The notes: a model not told the origin generated them from the letters alone. A stretch of 64,000 bases of DNA from Eledone cirrhosa (GCA_964016885.1 OZ024744.1:124620001-124684000), one strand, 5' to 3'. Counted from the first letter of the stretch, positions 38,188 through 54,600 are shown. A program made the numbers and translations.

Positions 38188-40583
38188 AACCCCAACTTAA
38201 CCTAACCCCAACTTAACTTAACCTCAACTTAATTTAACCCCAGCTTAACTTATCTCCAACTTAATTTAACCCCAACTTAACTTAACCCCAACTTAACTTA
38301 AACCCAACTTAACTTAACCCCAACTTAGCTTATCCCCAACTTAACTTATCCCCAACTTAACCTAACCCCAACTAAACTTAACCCCAACTTGACTTATCCC
38401 CAACTTAACTGAACCCCAACTTAACTTAACCCCAACTTAAATTAACCCCAACTTAACTTAAACTAAACTTAACTAACCCCAACTTAACTTAACCCCCAAC
38501 TTAACTTAACCCCAACTTAACTTAACCACAACTTAACTTAAACCCAACTTAACTTAACCCCAACTTAACTTATCCCCAACTTAACTAATCTCCAACTTAA
38601 CCTAACCCAAACTTAACTTAACCCCAACTTAACTTAACCCCAACTTAATTTAACCCCAACTTAACTTAACCCCAGCTTAACTTAAACCCAACTTAACTTA
38701 ACCCCAACTTAAATTATCCCCAACTTAACTTATCCCCAACTTAACCTAACCCCAACTTAACTTAACCCCAACTTAACTTAACCCCAACTTAATTTAACCC
38801 CAACTTAACCTAACCCAAACTTAACCTAACCCCAACTTAACTTAACCCCAACTTAATTTAACCCCAACTTAACTTAACCCCAGCTTAACTTAAAGCCAAC
38901 TTAACTTAACCCCAACTTAACTTAACCCTAACTTAACTTAACACCGACTTAACTTAACCCCGACTTAACTCAACCACAACTTAACTTAACCCCAACTCAA
39001 CTTAACCCCAACTTAACTTAACCCCAACTTAATTTAACCCCAAATTAACCCAAACTTAACTTAACCCCAACTTAACTGAACCACAACTTAACTTAACCCA
39101 AAATTAACTTAACCCCAACTTAACTTAACCCCAACTTAACTTAATCCCAACTTAACTCAGCCCCAACTTAACTTAGCCCCAACTTAAATTAACCCCAACT
39201 TAATTTAACCCCAACTCAACTTAACCCCAACTTAAGTTGACCCCAACTTAAATTAAACCCAACTTAACTTAACCCCAACTTAACTTAACCACAACTTAAT
39301 TTAAACCCAACTTAACTTAACCCCAACTTAACTTATCCCCAACTTAACTAATCCCCAACTTAACCTAACCCAAACTTAACTTAACCCCAACTTAACTTAA
39401 CCCCAACTTAAATTAACCCTAACTTAACTTAAGCCCAACTTAACTTAACCCCAACTTCAGTCAACCCCAACTTAACGTACACCCAACTTAACTCAGCCCC
39501 AACTTAACTTAGCCCCAACTTGAAGTAACCCCAACTTAACTCAACCCCAACTTAACTTAACCCCAACTTAACTTAACCCCAACTTAACTCAACCCCAATT
39601 TAACTCAACCCCAACTTAACTCAACCCCAACTTAACTTAACCCCAACTTAACTTAACCCTAACTTAACTTAACACCGACTTAACATAACCCCGACTTATC
39701 TTAACCCCAACTTAACTTAAACCCAACTTAACTTAACCCCAACTTAGCTTATCCCCAACTTAACTTATCCCCAACTTAACCTAACCCCAACTTAACTTAA
39801 CCCCAACTTAATTTAACCCCAACTTAATTTAACCCCAACTTAACTTAAACCCAACTTAACTTAACCCCGACTTAAATTAACCCCAACTGAACTTAACCCC
39901 AACTTAAATTAACCCCAACTTAACTTAACCCCAACTTAACTTAACCCCAACTTAAATTAACGCCAACTTAACATAACCTCAACTTAAATTAACCCCAACT
40001 TAACTCAACCCCAACTTAACTTAACCCCGACTTAACTTAACCCCAACTTAACTTAACCCCAACTTAACTTAACCGCAACTTAACTGAAACCCAACTTAAG
40101 TTAACCCCAACTTAACTTAACCCCAACTTCCCTCAACCCCAACTTAACTTAACCCCAACGTAAGTTAACCCCAACTTAACTTAACCACAAAGTTAACTTA
40201 ACCCCAATTTAAATTAACCCCAACTTAAGTTAACCCCAACTTAACATAACCACCACTTAACTTAACCCCAACTTAACCCCAACTTAACTTAACCCCAACT
40301 TAACACCAACTTAACTTAACCCCAACTTAACTTAACCCCAACTCTACTTAACCCCAACTTAACTTAACCCCAACTTCACTCAACCCCAACTTAACTTACA
40401 CCCAACTTAACTTAACCCCAACTTAATTTAACCCCAACTTAACTTAACCCCAACTTAACATAACCACCACTTAACTTAACCCCAACTTAACTTAACCCCA
40501 ACTTAACTTACCCCCAACTTAACTTACCCCCAACTTAACTTAACCCCAACTTAACTTAACCCCAACTTAACGTAACTCCGATT

Positions 40584-40831
40584 TTGGGGTTAAGTTAAGT
40601 TGGGGGTAAGTTAAGTTGGGTGTGAGTTAAGTTGGGGTTAAGTCAAGTTGGGATTAAGTTAAGTTGGGGTTAAGTTAAGTCGGGGTTAAGTTAAGTTAGG
40701 GTTAAGTTAAGTTGGGGTTAACTTAAGTTGGGGTTGAGTTAAGTTGGGGTTGAGTGAAGTTGGGGTTAAGTTAAGTTGGGGTTGAGTGAAGTTGGGGCTA
40801 AGTTAAGTTGGGGTTAAGTTAAGTTGGGGTT
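40584..40831 (-). repeat. Inverted island 12 (type B, three monomers shorter)
   Basis: Type B entry, 248 bp versus 296 bp for typical type B. Exit at 40831/40832. Confidence 0.95.
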
Positions 40832-43012
40832 AACCCCAACTTAACCTAACCCCAACTTAACTTAACCTCAACTTAATTTAACCCCAGCTTAACTTATCTC
40901 CAACTTAATTTAACCCCAACTTAACTTAACCCCAACTTAACTTAAACCCAACTTAACTTAACCCCAACTTAGCTTATCCCCAACTTAACTTATCCCCAAC
41001 TTAACCTAACCCCAACTTAACTTAACCCCAACTAAACTTAACCCCAACTTGACTTATCCCCAACTTAACTGAACCCCAACTTAACTTAACCCCAACTTAA
41101 ATTAACCCCAACTTAACTTAAACTAAACTTAACTAACCCCAACTTAACTTAACCCCCAACTTAACTTAACCCCAACTTAACTTAACCACAACTTAACTTA
41201 AACCCAACTTAACTTAACCCCAACTTAACTTATCCCCAACTTAACTAATCCCCAACTTAACCTAACCCAAACTTAACTTAACCCCAACTTAACTTAACCC
41301 CAACTTAATTTAACCCCAACTTAACTTAACCCCAGCTTAACTTAAACCCAACTTAACTTAACCCCAACTTAAATTATCCCCAACTTAACTTATCCCCAAC
41401 TTAACCTAACCCAAACTTAACTTAACCCCAACTTAACTTAACCCCAACTTAATTTAACCCCAACTTAACCTAACCCAAACTTAACCTAACCCCAACTTAA
41501 CTTAACCCCAACTTAATTTAACCCCAACTTAACTTAACCCCAGCTTAACTTAAAGTCAACTTAACTTAACCCCAACTTAACTTAACCCTAACTTAACTTA
41601 ACACCGACTTAACTTAACCCCGACTTAACGTAACCCCAACTTAACTTAACCCCAACTTAACTTAACCCCAACTTAACTTAACCCCAACTTAATTTAACCC
41701 CAAATTAACCCAAACTTAACTTAACCCCAACTTAACTGAACCACAACTTAACTTAACCCAAAATTAACTTAACCCCAACTTAACTTAACCCCAACTTAAC
41801 TTAATCCCAACTTAACTCAGCCCCAACTTAACTTAGCCCCAACTTAAATTAACCCCAACTTAATTTAACCCCAACTCAACTTAACCCCAACTTAAGTTGA
41901 CCCTAACTTAAATTAAACCCAACTTAACTTAACCCCAACTTAACTTAACCACAACTTAACTTAACCTCAACTTAACCCCAACTTAACTTAACCCCAACTT
42001 AACTTAACCCCAACTTAAATTAACCCCAACTTAACATAACCTCAACTTAAATTAACCCCAACTTAACTCAACCTCAACTTAACTTAACCCCGACTTAACT
42101 TAACCCCAACTTAACTTAACCCCAACTTAACACCAACTTAACTTAACCCCAACTTAACTTAATCCCAACTCTACTTAACCCCAACTTAACTTAACCCCAA
42201 CTTAACATAACCCCAACTTAAATTAATCCTAACTTAACTTAACCCCAACTTAACTTAACCCCAACTTCACTCAACCCCAACTTAACTTACACCCAACTTA
42301 ACTTAACCCCAACTTAATTTAACCCCAACTTAACTTAACCCCAACTTAACATAACCACCACTTAATTTACCCCAACTTAACTTAACCCCAACTTAAGTTA
42401 AGCCTAACTTAACTTAACCCCAACTTAACATAACCACCACTTAATTTACCCCAACTTAACTTAACCCCAACTTAAGTTAAGCCTAACTTAACTTAAACCC
42501 AACTTAACATAACCCCAACTTAACTTAACCTCAACTTAAGTCAACCCCAACTTAACTTAACCCTAACTTAACCCCAAATTAACTTAACCCCAACTTAACT
42601 TAACCCCATCTTAACTTACCCCCAACTTAACTTACCACCAACTTACCTTACCCCCAACTTAACTTAACCCCAACTTAATTTAACCCCAACTTAACTTAAC
42701 CTCAACTTAACTTAACCCCATCTTAACTTAACCCCAACTTAACTTAAGCCCAACTTAAGTCAACCCCAACTTAACTCAACCCCAACTTAATTAAACCCCA
42801 ACTTAACTTAAACCCAACTTAACTTAACCCCAACTTAACTTAACCGCAACTTAACTCAAACCCAACTTAAGTTAACCCCAACTTAACTTAACCCCAACTT
42901 CATTCAACCCCAACTTAACTTAACTCCAACTTAACTTAACTCCAACTTAACTTAACCACAAAGTTAACTTAACCCCAATTTAACTTAACCCCAACTTAAC
43001 TTAACTCCGACT

Positions 43013-43355
43013 TTGGGGTTAAGTTAAGTTGGGGTTAAGTTAAGTTGGGGTTAAGTCAAGTTGGGGTTAAGTTAAGTTGGGGGTAAGTTAAGTTGGGTGT
43101 GAGTTAAGTTGGGGTTAAGTCAAGTTGGGGTTAAGTTAAGTTGGGGTTAATTTAAGTTGGGATTAAGTTAAGTTGGGGTTAAGTTAAGTCGGGGTTAAGT
43201 TAAGTCGGGGTTAAGTTAAGTTAGGGTTAAGTTAAGTTGGGGTTCAGTTAAGTTGGGGTTGAGTTAATTGGGGTTGAGTGAAGTTGTGGTTAAGTTAAGT
43301 TGGGGTTGAGTGAAGTTGGGGTTAAGTTAAGTTGGGGTTAAGTTAAGTTGGGGTT
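43013..43355 (-). repeat. Inverted island 13 (type A, same variants as island 9)
   Basis: Type A entry. Exit at 43355/43356. Confidence 0.95.
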
Positions 43356-46211
43356 AACCCCAACTTAACCTAACCCCAACTTAAATTAACCCCAACTTAA
43401 CTTAACCCCAACTTAATTTAACCCCAGCTTAACTTATCTCCAACTTAATTTAACCCCAACTTAACTTAACCCCAACTTAACTTAAACCCAACTTAACTTA
43501 ACCCCAACTTAGCTTATCCCCAACTTAACTTATCCCCAACTTAACCTAACCCCAACTTGACTTATCCCCAACTTAACTGAACCCCAACTTAACTTAACCC
43601 CAACTTAAATTAACCCCAACTTAACTTAAACTAAACTTAACTAACCCCAACTTAACTTAACCCCCAACTTAACTTAACCCCAACTTAACTTAACCACAAC
43701 TTAACTTAAACCCAACTTAACTTAACCCCAACTTAACTTATCCCCAACTTAACTAATCCCCAACTTAACCTAACCCAAACTTAACTTAACCCCAACTTAA
43801 CTTAACCCCAACTTAATTTAACCCCAACTTAACTTAACCCCAGCTTAACTTAAACCCAACTTAACTTAACCCCAACTTAAATTATCCCCAACTTAACTTA
43901 TCCCCAACTTAACCTAACCCCAACTTAACTTAACCCCAACTTAACTTAACCCCAACTTAATTTAACCCCAACTTAACCTAACCCAAACTTAACCTAACCC
44001 CAACTTAACTTAACCCCAACTTAATTTAACCCCAACTTAACTTAACCCCAGCTTAACTTAAAGCCAACTTAACTTAACCCCAACTTAACTTAACCCTAAC
44101 TTAACTTAACACCGACTTAACTTAACCCCGACTTAACTTAACCCCAACTTAACTTAACCCCAACTCAACTTAACCCCAACTTAACTTAACCCCAACTTAA
44201 TTTAACCCCAAATTAACCCAAACTTAACTTAACCCCAACTTAACTGAACCACAACTTAACTTAACCCAAAATTAACTTAACCCCAACTTAACTTAACCCC
44301 AACTTAACTTAATCCCAACTTAACTCAGCCCCAACTTAACTTAGCCCCAACTTAAATTAACCCCAACTTAATTTAACCCCAACTCAACTTAACCCCAACT
44401 TAAGTTGACCCCAACTTAAATTAAACCCAACTTAACTTAACCCCAACTTAACTTAACCCCAACTTAACTTAGCCCCAACTTAACTTAGCCCCAACTTAAC
44501 TTAGCCCCAACTTAACTTAACCACAACTTAACTTAACCTCAACTTAACCCCAACTTAACTTAACCCCAACTTAACTTAACCCCAACTTAAATTAACCCCA
44601 ACTTAACATAACCTCAACTTAAATTAACCCCAACTTAACTCAACCTCAACTTAACTTAACCCCAACTTAACTTAACCCCAACTTAACTTAACCCCAACTT
44701 AAAATAACCTCAACTTAAATTAACCCCAACTTAACTCAACCCCAACTTAACTTAACCCCGACTTAACTTAACCCCAACTTAACTTAACCCCAACTTAACT
44801 TAACCGCAACTTAACTCAAACCCAACTTAAGTTAACCCCAACTTAACTTAACCCCAACTTCACTCAACGCCAACTTAACTTAACTCCAACTTAACTTAAC
44901 TCCAACTTAACTTAACCACAAAGTTAACTTAACCCCAATTTAAATTAACCCCAACTTAACATAACCACCACTTAAATTAACCCCAACTCTATTTAACCCC
45001 AACTTAACTTAACCCCAACTTAACATAACCCCAACTTAAATTAACCCTAACTTAACTTAAGCCCAACTTAACTTAACCCCAACTTCAGTCAACCCCAACT
45101 TAACGTACACCCAACTTAACTCAGCCCCAACTTAACTTAGCCCCAACTTGAAGTAACCCCAACTTAACTCAACCCCAACTTAACTTAACCCCAACTTAAC
45201 TTAACCCCAACTTAACTCAACCCCAATTTAACTCAACCCCAACTTAACTCAACCCCAACTTAACTTAACCCCAACTTAACTTAACCCTAACTTAACTTAA
45301 CACCGACTTAACATAACCCCGACTTATCTTAACCCCAACTTAACTTAAACCCAACTTAACTTAACCCCAACTTAGCTTATCCCCAACTTAACTTATCCCC
45401 AACTTAACCTAACCCCAACTTAACTTAACCCCAACTTAATTTAACCCCAACTTAATTTAACCCCAACTTAACTTAAACCCAACTTAACTTAACCCCAACT
45501 TAAATTAACCCCAACTGAACTTAACCCCAACTTAAATTAACCCCAACTTAACTTAACCCCAACTTAACTTAACCCCAACTTAAATTAACCCCAACTTAAC
45601 ATAACCTCAACTTAAATTAACCCCAACTTAACTCAACCCCAACTTAACTTAACCCCGACTTAACTTAACCCCAACTTAACTTAACCCCAACTTAACTTAA
45701 CCGCAACTTAACTGAAACCCAACTTAAGTTAACCCCAACTTAACTTAACCCCAACTTCCCTCAACCCCAACTTAACTTAACCCCAACGTAAGTTAACCCC
45801 AACTTAACTTAACCACAAAGTTAACTTAACCCCAATTTAAATTAACCTCAACTTAAGTTAACCCCAACTTAACATAACCACCACTTAACTTAACCCCAAC
45901 TTAACCCCAACTTAACTTAACCCCAACTTAACACCAACTTAACTTAACCCCAACTTAAATTAACCCCAACTCTAATTAACCCCAACTTAACTTAACCCCA
46001 ACTTCACTCAACCCCAACTTAACTTACACCCAACTTAACTTAACCCCAACTTAATTTAACCCCAACTTAAATTAACCCCAACTTAACATAACCACCACTT
46101 AACTTAACCCCAACTTAACTTAACCCCAACTTAACTTACCCCCAACTTAACTTACCCCCAACTTAACTTAACCCCAACTTAACTTAACCCCAACTTAACG
46201 TAACTCCGATT

Positions 46212-46507
46212 TTGGGGTTAAGTTAAGTTGGGGGTAAGTTAAGTTGGGTGTGAGTTAAGTTGGGGTTAAGTCAAGTTGGGATTAAGTTAAGTTGGGGTTA
46301 AGTTAAGTTGGGGTTAAGTTAAGTCGGGGTTAAGTTAAGTCGGGGTTAAGTTAATTCGGGGTTAATTTAAGTTAGGGTTAAGTTAAGTTGGGGTTAACTT
46401 AAGTTGGGGTTGAGTTAAGTTGGGGTTGAGTGAAGTTGGGGTTAAGTTAAGTTGGGGTTGAGTGAAGTTGGGGCTAAGTTAAGTTGGGGTTAAGTTAAGT
46501 TGGGGTT
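46212..46507 (-). repeat. Inverted island 14 (type B', island 11 +8320)
   Basis: Type B entry with TTAATTCGGGG variant. Exit at 46507/46508. Confidence 0.95.
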
Positions 46508-48903
46508 AACCCCAACTTAACCTAACCCCAACTTAACTTAACCTCAACTTAATTTAACCCCAGCTTAACTTATCTCCAACTTAATTTAACCCCAACTTAA
46601 CTTAACCCCAACTTAACTTAAACCCAACTTAACTTAACCCCAACTTAGCTTATCCCCAACTTAACTTATCCCCAACTTAACCTAACCCCAACTAAACTTA
46701 ACCCCAACTTGACTTATCCCCAACTTAACTGAACCCCAACTTAACTTAACCCCAACTTAAATTAACCCCAACTTAACTTAAACTAAACTTAACTAACCCC
46801 AACTTAACTTAACCCCCAACTTAACTTAACCCCAACTTAACTTAACCACAACTTAACTTAAACCCAACTTAACTTAACCCCAACTTAACTTATCCCCAAC
46901 TTAACTAATCTCCAACTTAACCTAACCCAAACTTAACTTAACCCCAACTTAACTTAACCCCAACTTAATTTAACCCCAACTTAACTTAACCCCAGCTTAA
47001 CTTAAACCCAACTTAACTTAACCCCAACTTAAATTATCCCCAACTTAACTTATCCCCAACTTAACCTAACCCCAACTTAACTTAACCCCAACTTAACTTA
47101 ACCCCAACTTAATTTAACCCCAACTTAACCTAACCCAAACTTAACCTAACCCCAACTTAACTTAACCCCAACTTAATTTAACCCCAACTTAACTTAACCC
47201 CAGCTTAACTTAAAGCCAACTTAACTTAACCCCAACTTAACTTAACCCTAACTTAACTTAACACCGACTTAACTTAACCCCGACTTAACTCAACCACAAC
47301 TTAACTTAACCCCAACTCAACTTAACCCCAACTTAACTTAACCCCAACTTAATTTAACCCCAAATTAACCCAAACTTAACTTAACCCCAACTTAACTGAA
47401 CCACAACTTAACTTAACCCAAAATTAACTTAACCCCAACTTAACTTAACCCCAACTTAACTTAATCCCAACTTAACTCAGCCCCAACTTAACTTAGCCCC
47501 AACTTAAATTAACCCCAACTTAATTTAACCCCAACTCAACTTAACCCCAACTTAAGTTGACCCCAACTTAAATTAAACCCAACTTAACTTAACCCCAACT
47601 TAACTTAACCACAACTTAATTTAAACCCAACTTAACTTAACCCCAACTTAACTTATCCCCAACTTAACTAATCCCCAACTTAACCTAACCCAAACTTAAC
47701 TTAACCCCAACTTAACTTAACCCCAACTTAAATTAACCCTAACTTAACTTAAGCCCAACTTAACTTAACCCCAACTTCAGTCAACCCCAACTTAACGTAC
47801 ACCCAACTTAACTCAGCCCCAACTTAACTTAGCCCCAACTTGAAGTAACCCCAACTTAACTCAACCCCAACTTAACTTAACCCCAACTTAACTTAACCCC
47901 AACTTAACTCAACCCCAATTTAACTCAACCCCAACTTAACTCAACCCCAACTTAACTTAACCCCAACTTAACTTAACCCTAACTTAACTTAACACCGACT
48001 TAACATAACCCCGACTTATCTTAACCCCAACTTAACTTAAACCCAACTTAACTTAACCCCAACTTAGCTTATCCCCAACTTAACTTATCCCCAACTTAAC
48101 CTAACCCCAACTTAACTTAACCCCAACTTAATTTAACCCCAACTTAATTTAACCCCAACTTAACTTAAACCCAACTTAACTTAACCCCGACTTAAATTAA
48201 CCCCAACTGAACTTAACCCCAACTTAAATTAACCCCAACTTAACTTAACCCCAACTTAACTTAACCCCAACTTAAATTAACGCCAACTTAACATAACCTC
48301 AACTTAAATTAACCCCAACTTAACTCAACCCCAACTTAACTTAACCCCGACTTAACTTAACCCCAACTTAACTTAACCCCAACTTAACTTAACCGCAACT
48401 TAACTGAAACCCAACTTAAGTTAACCCCAACTTAACTTAACCCCAACTTCCCTCAACCCCAACTTAACTTAACCCCAACGTAAGTTAACCCCAACTTAAC
48501 TTAACCACAAAGTTAACTTAACCCCAATTTAAATTAACCCCAACTTAAGTTAACCCCAACTTAACATAACCACCACTTAACTTAACCCCAACTTAACCCC
48601 AACTTAACTTAACCCCAACTTAACACCAACTTAACTTAACCCCAACTTAACTTAACCCCAACTCTACTTAACCCCAACTTAACTTAACCCCAACTTCACT
48701 CAACCCCAACTTAACTTACACCCAACTTAACTTAACCCCAACTTAATTTAACCCCAACTTAACTTAACCCCAACTTAACATAACCACCACTTAACTTAAC
48801 CCCAACTTAACTTAACCCCAACTTAACTTACCCCCAACTTAACTTACCCCCAACTTAACTTAACCCCAACTTAACTTAACCCCAACTTAACGTAACTCCG
48901 ATT

Positions 48904-49151
48904 TTGGGGTTAAGTTAAGTTGGGGGTAAGTTAAGTTGGGTGTGAGTTAAGTTGGGGTTAAGTCAAGTTGGGATTAAGTTAAGTTGGGGTTAAGTTAAGT
49001 CGGGGTTAAGTTAAGTTAGGGTTAAGTTAAGTTGGGGTTAACTTAAGTTGGGGTTGAGTTAAGTTGGGGTTGAGTGAAGTTGGGGTTAAGTTAAGTTGGG
49101 GTTGAGTGAAGTTGGGGCTAAGTTAAGTTGGGGTTAAGTTAAGTTGGGGTT
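48904..49151 (-). repeat. Inverted island 15 (short type B, island 12 +8320)
   Basis: Type B entry. Exit at 49151/49152. Confidence 0.95.
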
Positions 49152-51332
49152 AACCCCAACTTAACCTAACCCCAACTTAACTTAACCTCAACTTAATTTA
49201 ACCCCAGCTTAACTTATCTCCAACTTAATTTAACCCCAACTTAACTTAACCCCAACTTAACTTAAACCCAACTTAACTTAACCCCAACTTAGCTTATCCC
49301 CAACTTAACTTATCCCCAACTTAACCTAACCCCAACTTAACTTAACCCCAACTAAACTTAACCCCAACTTGACTTATCCCCAACTTAACTGAACCCCAAC
49401 TTAACTTAACCCCAACTTAAATTAACCCCAACTTAACTTAAACTAAACTTAACTAACCCCAACTTAACTTAACCCCCAACTTAACTTAACCCCAACTTAA
49501 CTTAACCACAACTTAACTTAAACCCAACTTAACTTAACCCCAACTTAACTTATCCCCAACTTAACTAATCCCCAACTTAACCTAACCCAAACTTAACTTA
49601 ACCCCAACTTAACTTAACCCCAACTTAATTTAACCCCAACTTAACTTAACCCCAGCTTAACTTAAACCCAACTTAACTTAACCCCAACTTAAATTATCCC
49701 CAACTTAACTTATCCCCAACTTAACCTAACCCAAACTTAACTTAACCCCAACTTAACTTAACCCCAACTTAATTTAACCCCAACTTAACCTAACCCAAAC
49801 TTAACCTAACCCCAACTTAACTTAACCCCAACTTAATTTAACCCCAACTTAACTTAACCCCAGCTTAACTTAAAGTCAACTTAACTTAACCCCAACTTAA
49901 CTTAACCCTAACTTAACTTAACACCGACTTAACTTAACCCCGACTTAACGTAACCCCAACTTAACTTAACCCCAACTTAACTTAACCCCAACTTAACTTA
50001 ACCACAACTTAATTTAACCCCAAATTAACCCAAACTTAACTTAACCCCAACTTAACTGAACCACAACTTAACTTAACCCAAAATTAACTTAACCCCAACT
50101 TAACTTAACCCCAACTTAACTTAATCCCAACTTAACTCAGCCCCAACTTAACTTAGCCCCAACTTAAATTAACCCCAACTTAATTTAACCCCAACTCAAC
50201 TTAACCCCAACTTAAGTTGACCCTAACTTAAATTAAACCCAACTTAACTTAACCCCAACTTAACTTAACCACAACTTAACTTAACCTCAACTTAACCCCA
50301 ACTTAACTTAACCCCAACTTAACTTAACCCCAACTTAAATTAACCCCAACTTAACATAACCTCAACTTAAATTAACCCCAACTTAACTCAACCTCAACTT
50401 AACTTAACCCCGACTTAACTTAACCCCAACTTAACTTAACCCCAACTTAACACCAACTTAACTTAACCCCAACTTAACTTAATCCCAACTCTACTTAACC
50501 CCAACTTAACTTAACCCCAACTTAACATAACCCCAACTTAAATTAATCCTAACTTAACTTAACCCCAACTTAACTTAACCCCAACTTCACTCAACCCCAA
50601 CTTAACTTACACCCAACTTAACTTAACCCCAACTTAATTTAACCCCAACTTAACTTAACCCCAACTTAACATAACCACCACTTAATTTACCCCAACTTAA
50701 CTTAACCCCAACTTAAGTTAAGCCTAACTTAACTTAACCCCAACTTAACATAACCACCACTTAATTTACCCCAACTTAACTTAACCCCAACTTAAGTTAA
50801 GCCTAACTTAACTTAAACCCAACTTAACATAACCCCAACTTAACTTAACCTCAACTTAAGTCAACCCCAACTTAACTTAACCCTAACTTAACCCCAAATT
50901 AACTTAACCCCAACTTAACTTAACCCCATCTTAACTTACCCCCAACTTAACTTACCACCAACTTACCTTACCCCCAACTTAACTTAACCCCAACTTAATT
51001 TAACCCCAACTTAACTTAACCTCAACTTAACTTAACCCCATCTTAACTTAACCCCAACTTAACTTAAGCCCAACTTAAGTCAACCCCAACTTAACTCAAC
51101 CCCAACTTAATTAAACCCCAACTTAACTTAAACCCAACTTAACTTAACCCCAACTTAACTTAACCGCAACTTAACTCAAACCCAACTTAAGTTAACCCCA
51201 ACTTAACTTAACCCCAACTTCATTCAACCCCAACTTAACTTAACTCCAACTTAACTTAACTCCAACTTAACTTAACCACAAAGTTAACTTAACCCCAATT
51301 TAACTTAACCCCAACTTAACTTAACTCCGACT

Positions 51333-51675
51333 TTGGGGTTAAGTTAAGTTGGGGTTAAGTTAAGTTGGGGTTAAGTCAAGTTGGGGTTAAGTTAAGTTGG
51401 GGGTAAGTTAAGTTGGGTGTGAGTTAAGTTGGGGTTAAGTCAAGTTGGGGTTAAGTTAAGTTGGGGTTAATTTAAGTTGGGATTAAGTTAAGTTGGGGTT
51501 AAGTTAAGTCGGGGTTAAGTTAAGTCGGGGTTAAGTTAAGTTAGGGTTAAGTTAAGTTGGGGTTCAGTTAAGTTGGGGTTGAGTTAATTGGGGTTGAGTG
51601 AAGTTGTGGTTAAGTTAAGTTGGGGTTGAGTGAAGTTGGGGTTAAGTTAAGTTGGGGTTAAGTTAAGTTGGGGTT
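51333..51675 (-). repeat. Inverted island 16 (type A, island 13 +8320)
   Basis: Type A entry. Exit at 51675/51676. Confidence 0.95.
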
Positions 51676-54600
51676 AACCCCAACTTAACCTAACCCCAAC
51701 TTAAATTAACCCCAACTTAACTTAACCCCAACTTAATTTAACCCCAACTTAACTTAACCCCAACTTATCTTAACCCCAACTTAAATTAACCCCAACTTAA
51801 TTTAACCCCAACTTAAATTAACCCCAACTTAACTTAACCCCAACTTAACTTAACCCCAACTTAACTTAACCCCAACTTAACTTAACCCCAACTTAACTTA
51901 ACCGCAACTTAACTTAACCCCAACTTAACTTAACCCCAACTTAACTTAAACCCAACTTAACATAACCCCAACTTAACTTAACCTCAACTTAAGTCAACCC
52001 CAACTTAACTTAACCCTAACTTAACCCCAAATTAACTTAACCCCAACTTAACTTAACCCCATCTTAACTTACCCCCAACTTAACTTACCACCAACTTACC
52101 TTACCCCCAACTTAACTTAACCCCAACTTAATTTAACCCCAACTTAACTTAACCCCAACTTAACTTAACCCCATCTTAACTTAACCCCAACTTAACTTAA
52201 GCCCAACTTAAGTCAACCCCAACTTAACTCAACCCCAACTTAATTAAACCCAAACTTAACTTAAACCCAACTTAACTTAACCCCAACTTAACTTATCCCC
52301 AACTTAACTTATCCCCAACTTAACCTAACCCCAACTTAACTTAACCCCAACTTAACTTAACCCCAACTTAATTTAACCCCAACTTAACTTAACCTAAACT
52401 TAACTTAACCCCAACTTAAATTAACCCCAACTTAACTTAACCCCAACTTAACTGAACCCCAACTTAACTTAACCCCAACTTAAAATAACCTCAACTTACA
52501 TTAACCCCAACTTAACTCAACCCCAACTTAACTTAACCCCGACTTAACTTAACCCCAACTTAACTTAACCCCAACTTAACTTAACCGCAACTTAACTCAA
52601 ACCCAACTTAAGTTAACCCCAACTTAACTTAACCCCAACTTCATTCAACCCCAACTTAACTTAACTCCAACTTAACTTAACTCCAACTTAACTTAACCAC
52701 AAAGTTAACTTAACCCCTATTTAAATTAACCCCAACTTAACTTAACCCCAACTTAACATAACCACCACTTAAATTAACCCCAACTTAACACCAACTTAAC
52801 TTAACCCCAACTTAAATAAACCCCAACTCTACTTAACCCCAACTTAACTTAACCCCAACTTAACATAACCCCAACTTAAATTAACCCTAACTTAACTTAA
52901 GCCCAACTTAACTTAACCCCAACTTCAGTCAACCCCAACTTAACGTACACCCAACTTAACTCAGCCCCAACTTAACTTAGCCTCAACTTTAAGTAACCCC
53001 AACTTAACTCAACCCCAACTTTACTTAACCCCAACTTAACTTAACCCCAACTTAACTCAACCCCAATTTAACTCAACCCCAACTTAACTCAACCCTAACT
53101 TAACTTAACACCGAATTAAGATAACCCCGACTTATCTTAACCCCAACTTAACTTAAACCCAACTTAACTTAACCCCAACTTAGCTTATCCCCAACTTAAC
53201 TTATCCCCAACTTAACCTAACCCCAACTTAACTTAACCCCAACTTAAGTTAACCCCAACTTAATTTAACCCCAACTTAACTTAAACCCAACTTAACTTAA
53301 CCCCAACTTAAATTAACCCCAACTGAACTTAACCCCAACTTAAATTAACCCCAACTTAACTTAACCCCAACTTAACTTAACCCCAACTTAAATTAACCCC
53401 AACTTAACATAACCTCAACTTAAATTAACCCCAACTTAACTCAACCCCAACTTAACTTAACCGCAACTTAACTGAAACCCAACTTAAGTTAACCCCAACT
53501 TAACATAACCACCACTTAACTTAACCCCAACTTAACCCCAACTTAACTTAACCCCAACTTAACACCAACTTAACTTAACCCCAACTTAACTTAAACCCAA
53601 CTTAACATAACCCCAACTTAACTTAACCTCAACTTAAGTCAACCCCAACTTAACTTAACCCTAACTTAACCCCAAATTAACTTAACCCCAACTTAACTTA
53701 ACCCCATCTTAACTTACCCCCAACTTAACTTACCACCAACTTACCTTACCCCCAACTTAACTTAACCCCAACTTACCTTACCCCCATCTTAACTTAACCC
53801 CAACTTAACTTAAGCCCAACTTAAGTCAACCCCAACTTAACTCAACCCCAACTTAATTAAACCCCAATTAACTTAAACCCAACTTAACTTAACCCCAACT
53901 TAACTTATCCCCAACTTAACTTATCCCCAACTTAACCTAACCTAAACTTAACTTAACCCCAACTTAAATTAACCCCAACTTAACTTAACCCCAACTTAAA
54001 TTAACCCCAACTTAACTTAACCCCAACTTAACTTAACCCCAACTTAACTTAACCCCAACTTAAAATAACCTCAACTTAAATTAACCCCAACTTAACTCAA
54101 CCCCAACTTAACTTAACCCCGACTTAACTTAACCCCAACTTAACTTAACCCCAACTTAACTTAACCGCAACTTAACTCAAACCCAACTTAAGTTAACCCC
54201 AACTTAACTTAAACCCAACTTCACTCAACCCCAAATTAACTTAACTCCAACTTAACTTAACTCCAACTTAACTTAACCACAAAGTTAACTTAACCCCAAT
54301 TTAAATTAACCCCAACTTAACTTAACCCCAACTTAACATAACCACCACTTAAATTAACCCCAACTCTACTTAACCCCAACTTAACTTAACCCCAACTTAA
54401 CATAACCCCAACTTAAATTAACCCTAACTTAACTTAAGCCCAACTTAACTTAACCCAAACTTCAGTCAACCCCAACTTAGCGTACACCCAACGTAACTCA
54501 GCCCCAACTTAACTTAGCCCCAACTTGAAGTAACCCCAACTAAACTCAACCCCAACTTAACTTAACCCCAACTTAACTTAACCCCAATTAACTCAACCCC

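Larger units (their letters stand above)
35070..51746 (+). repeat. Tandem duplication, unit 8320 bp (~35070-43389 and ~43390-51746)
   Basis: Islands 11/12/13 recur as 14/15/16 at exactly +8320. ACCCCAGCTTAACTTATCTC at 35101 and 43421. Divergence near 51747. Confidence 0.88.
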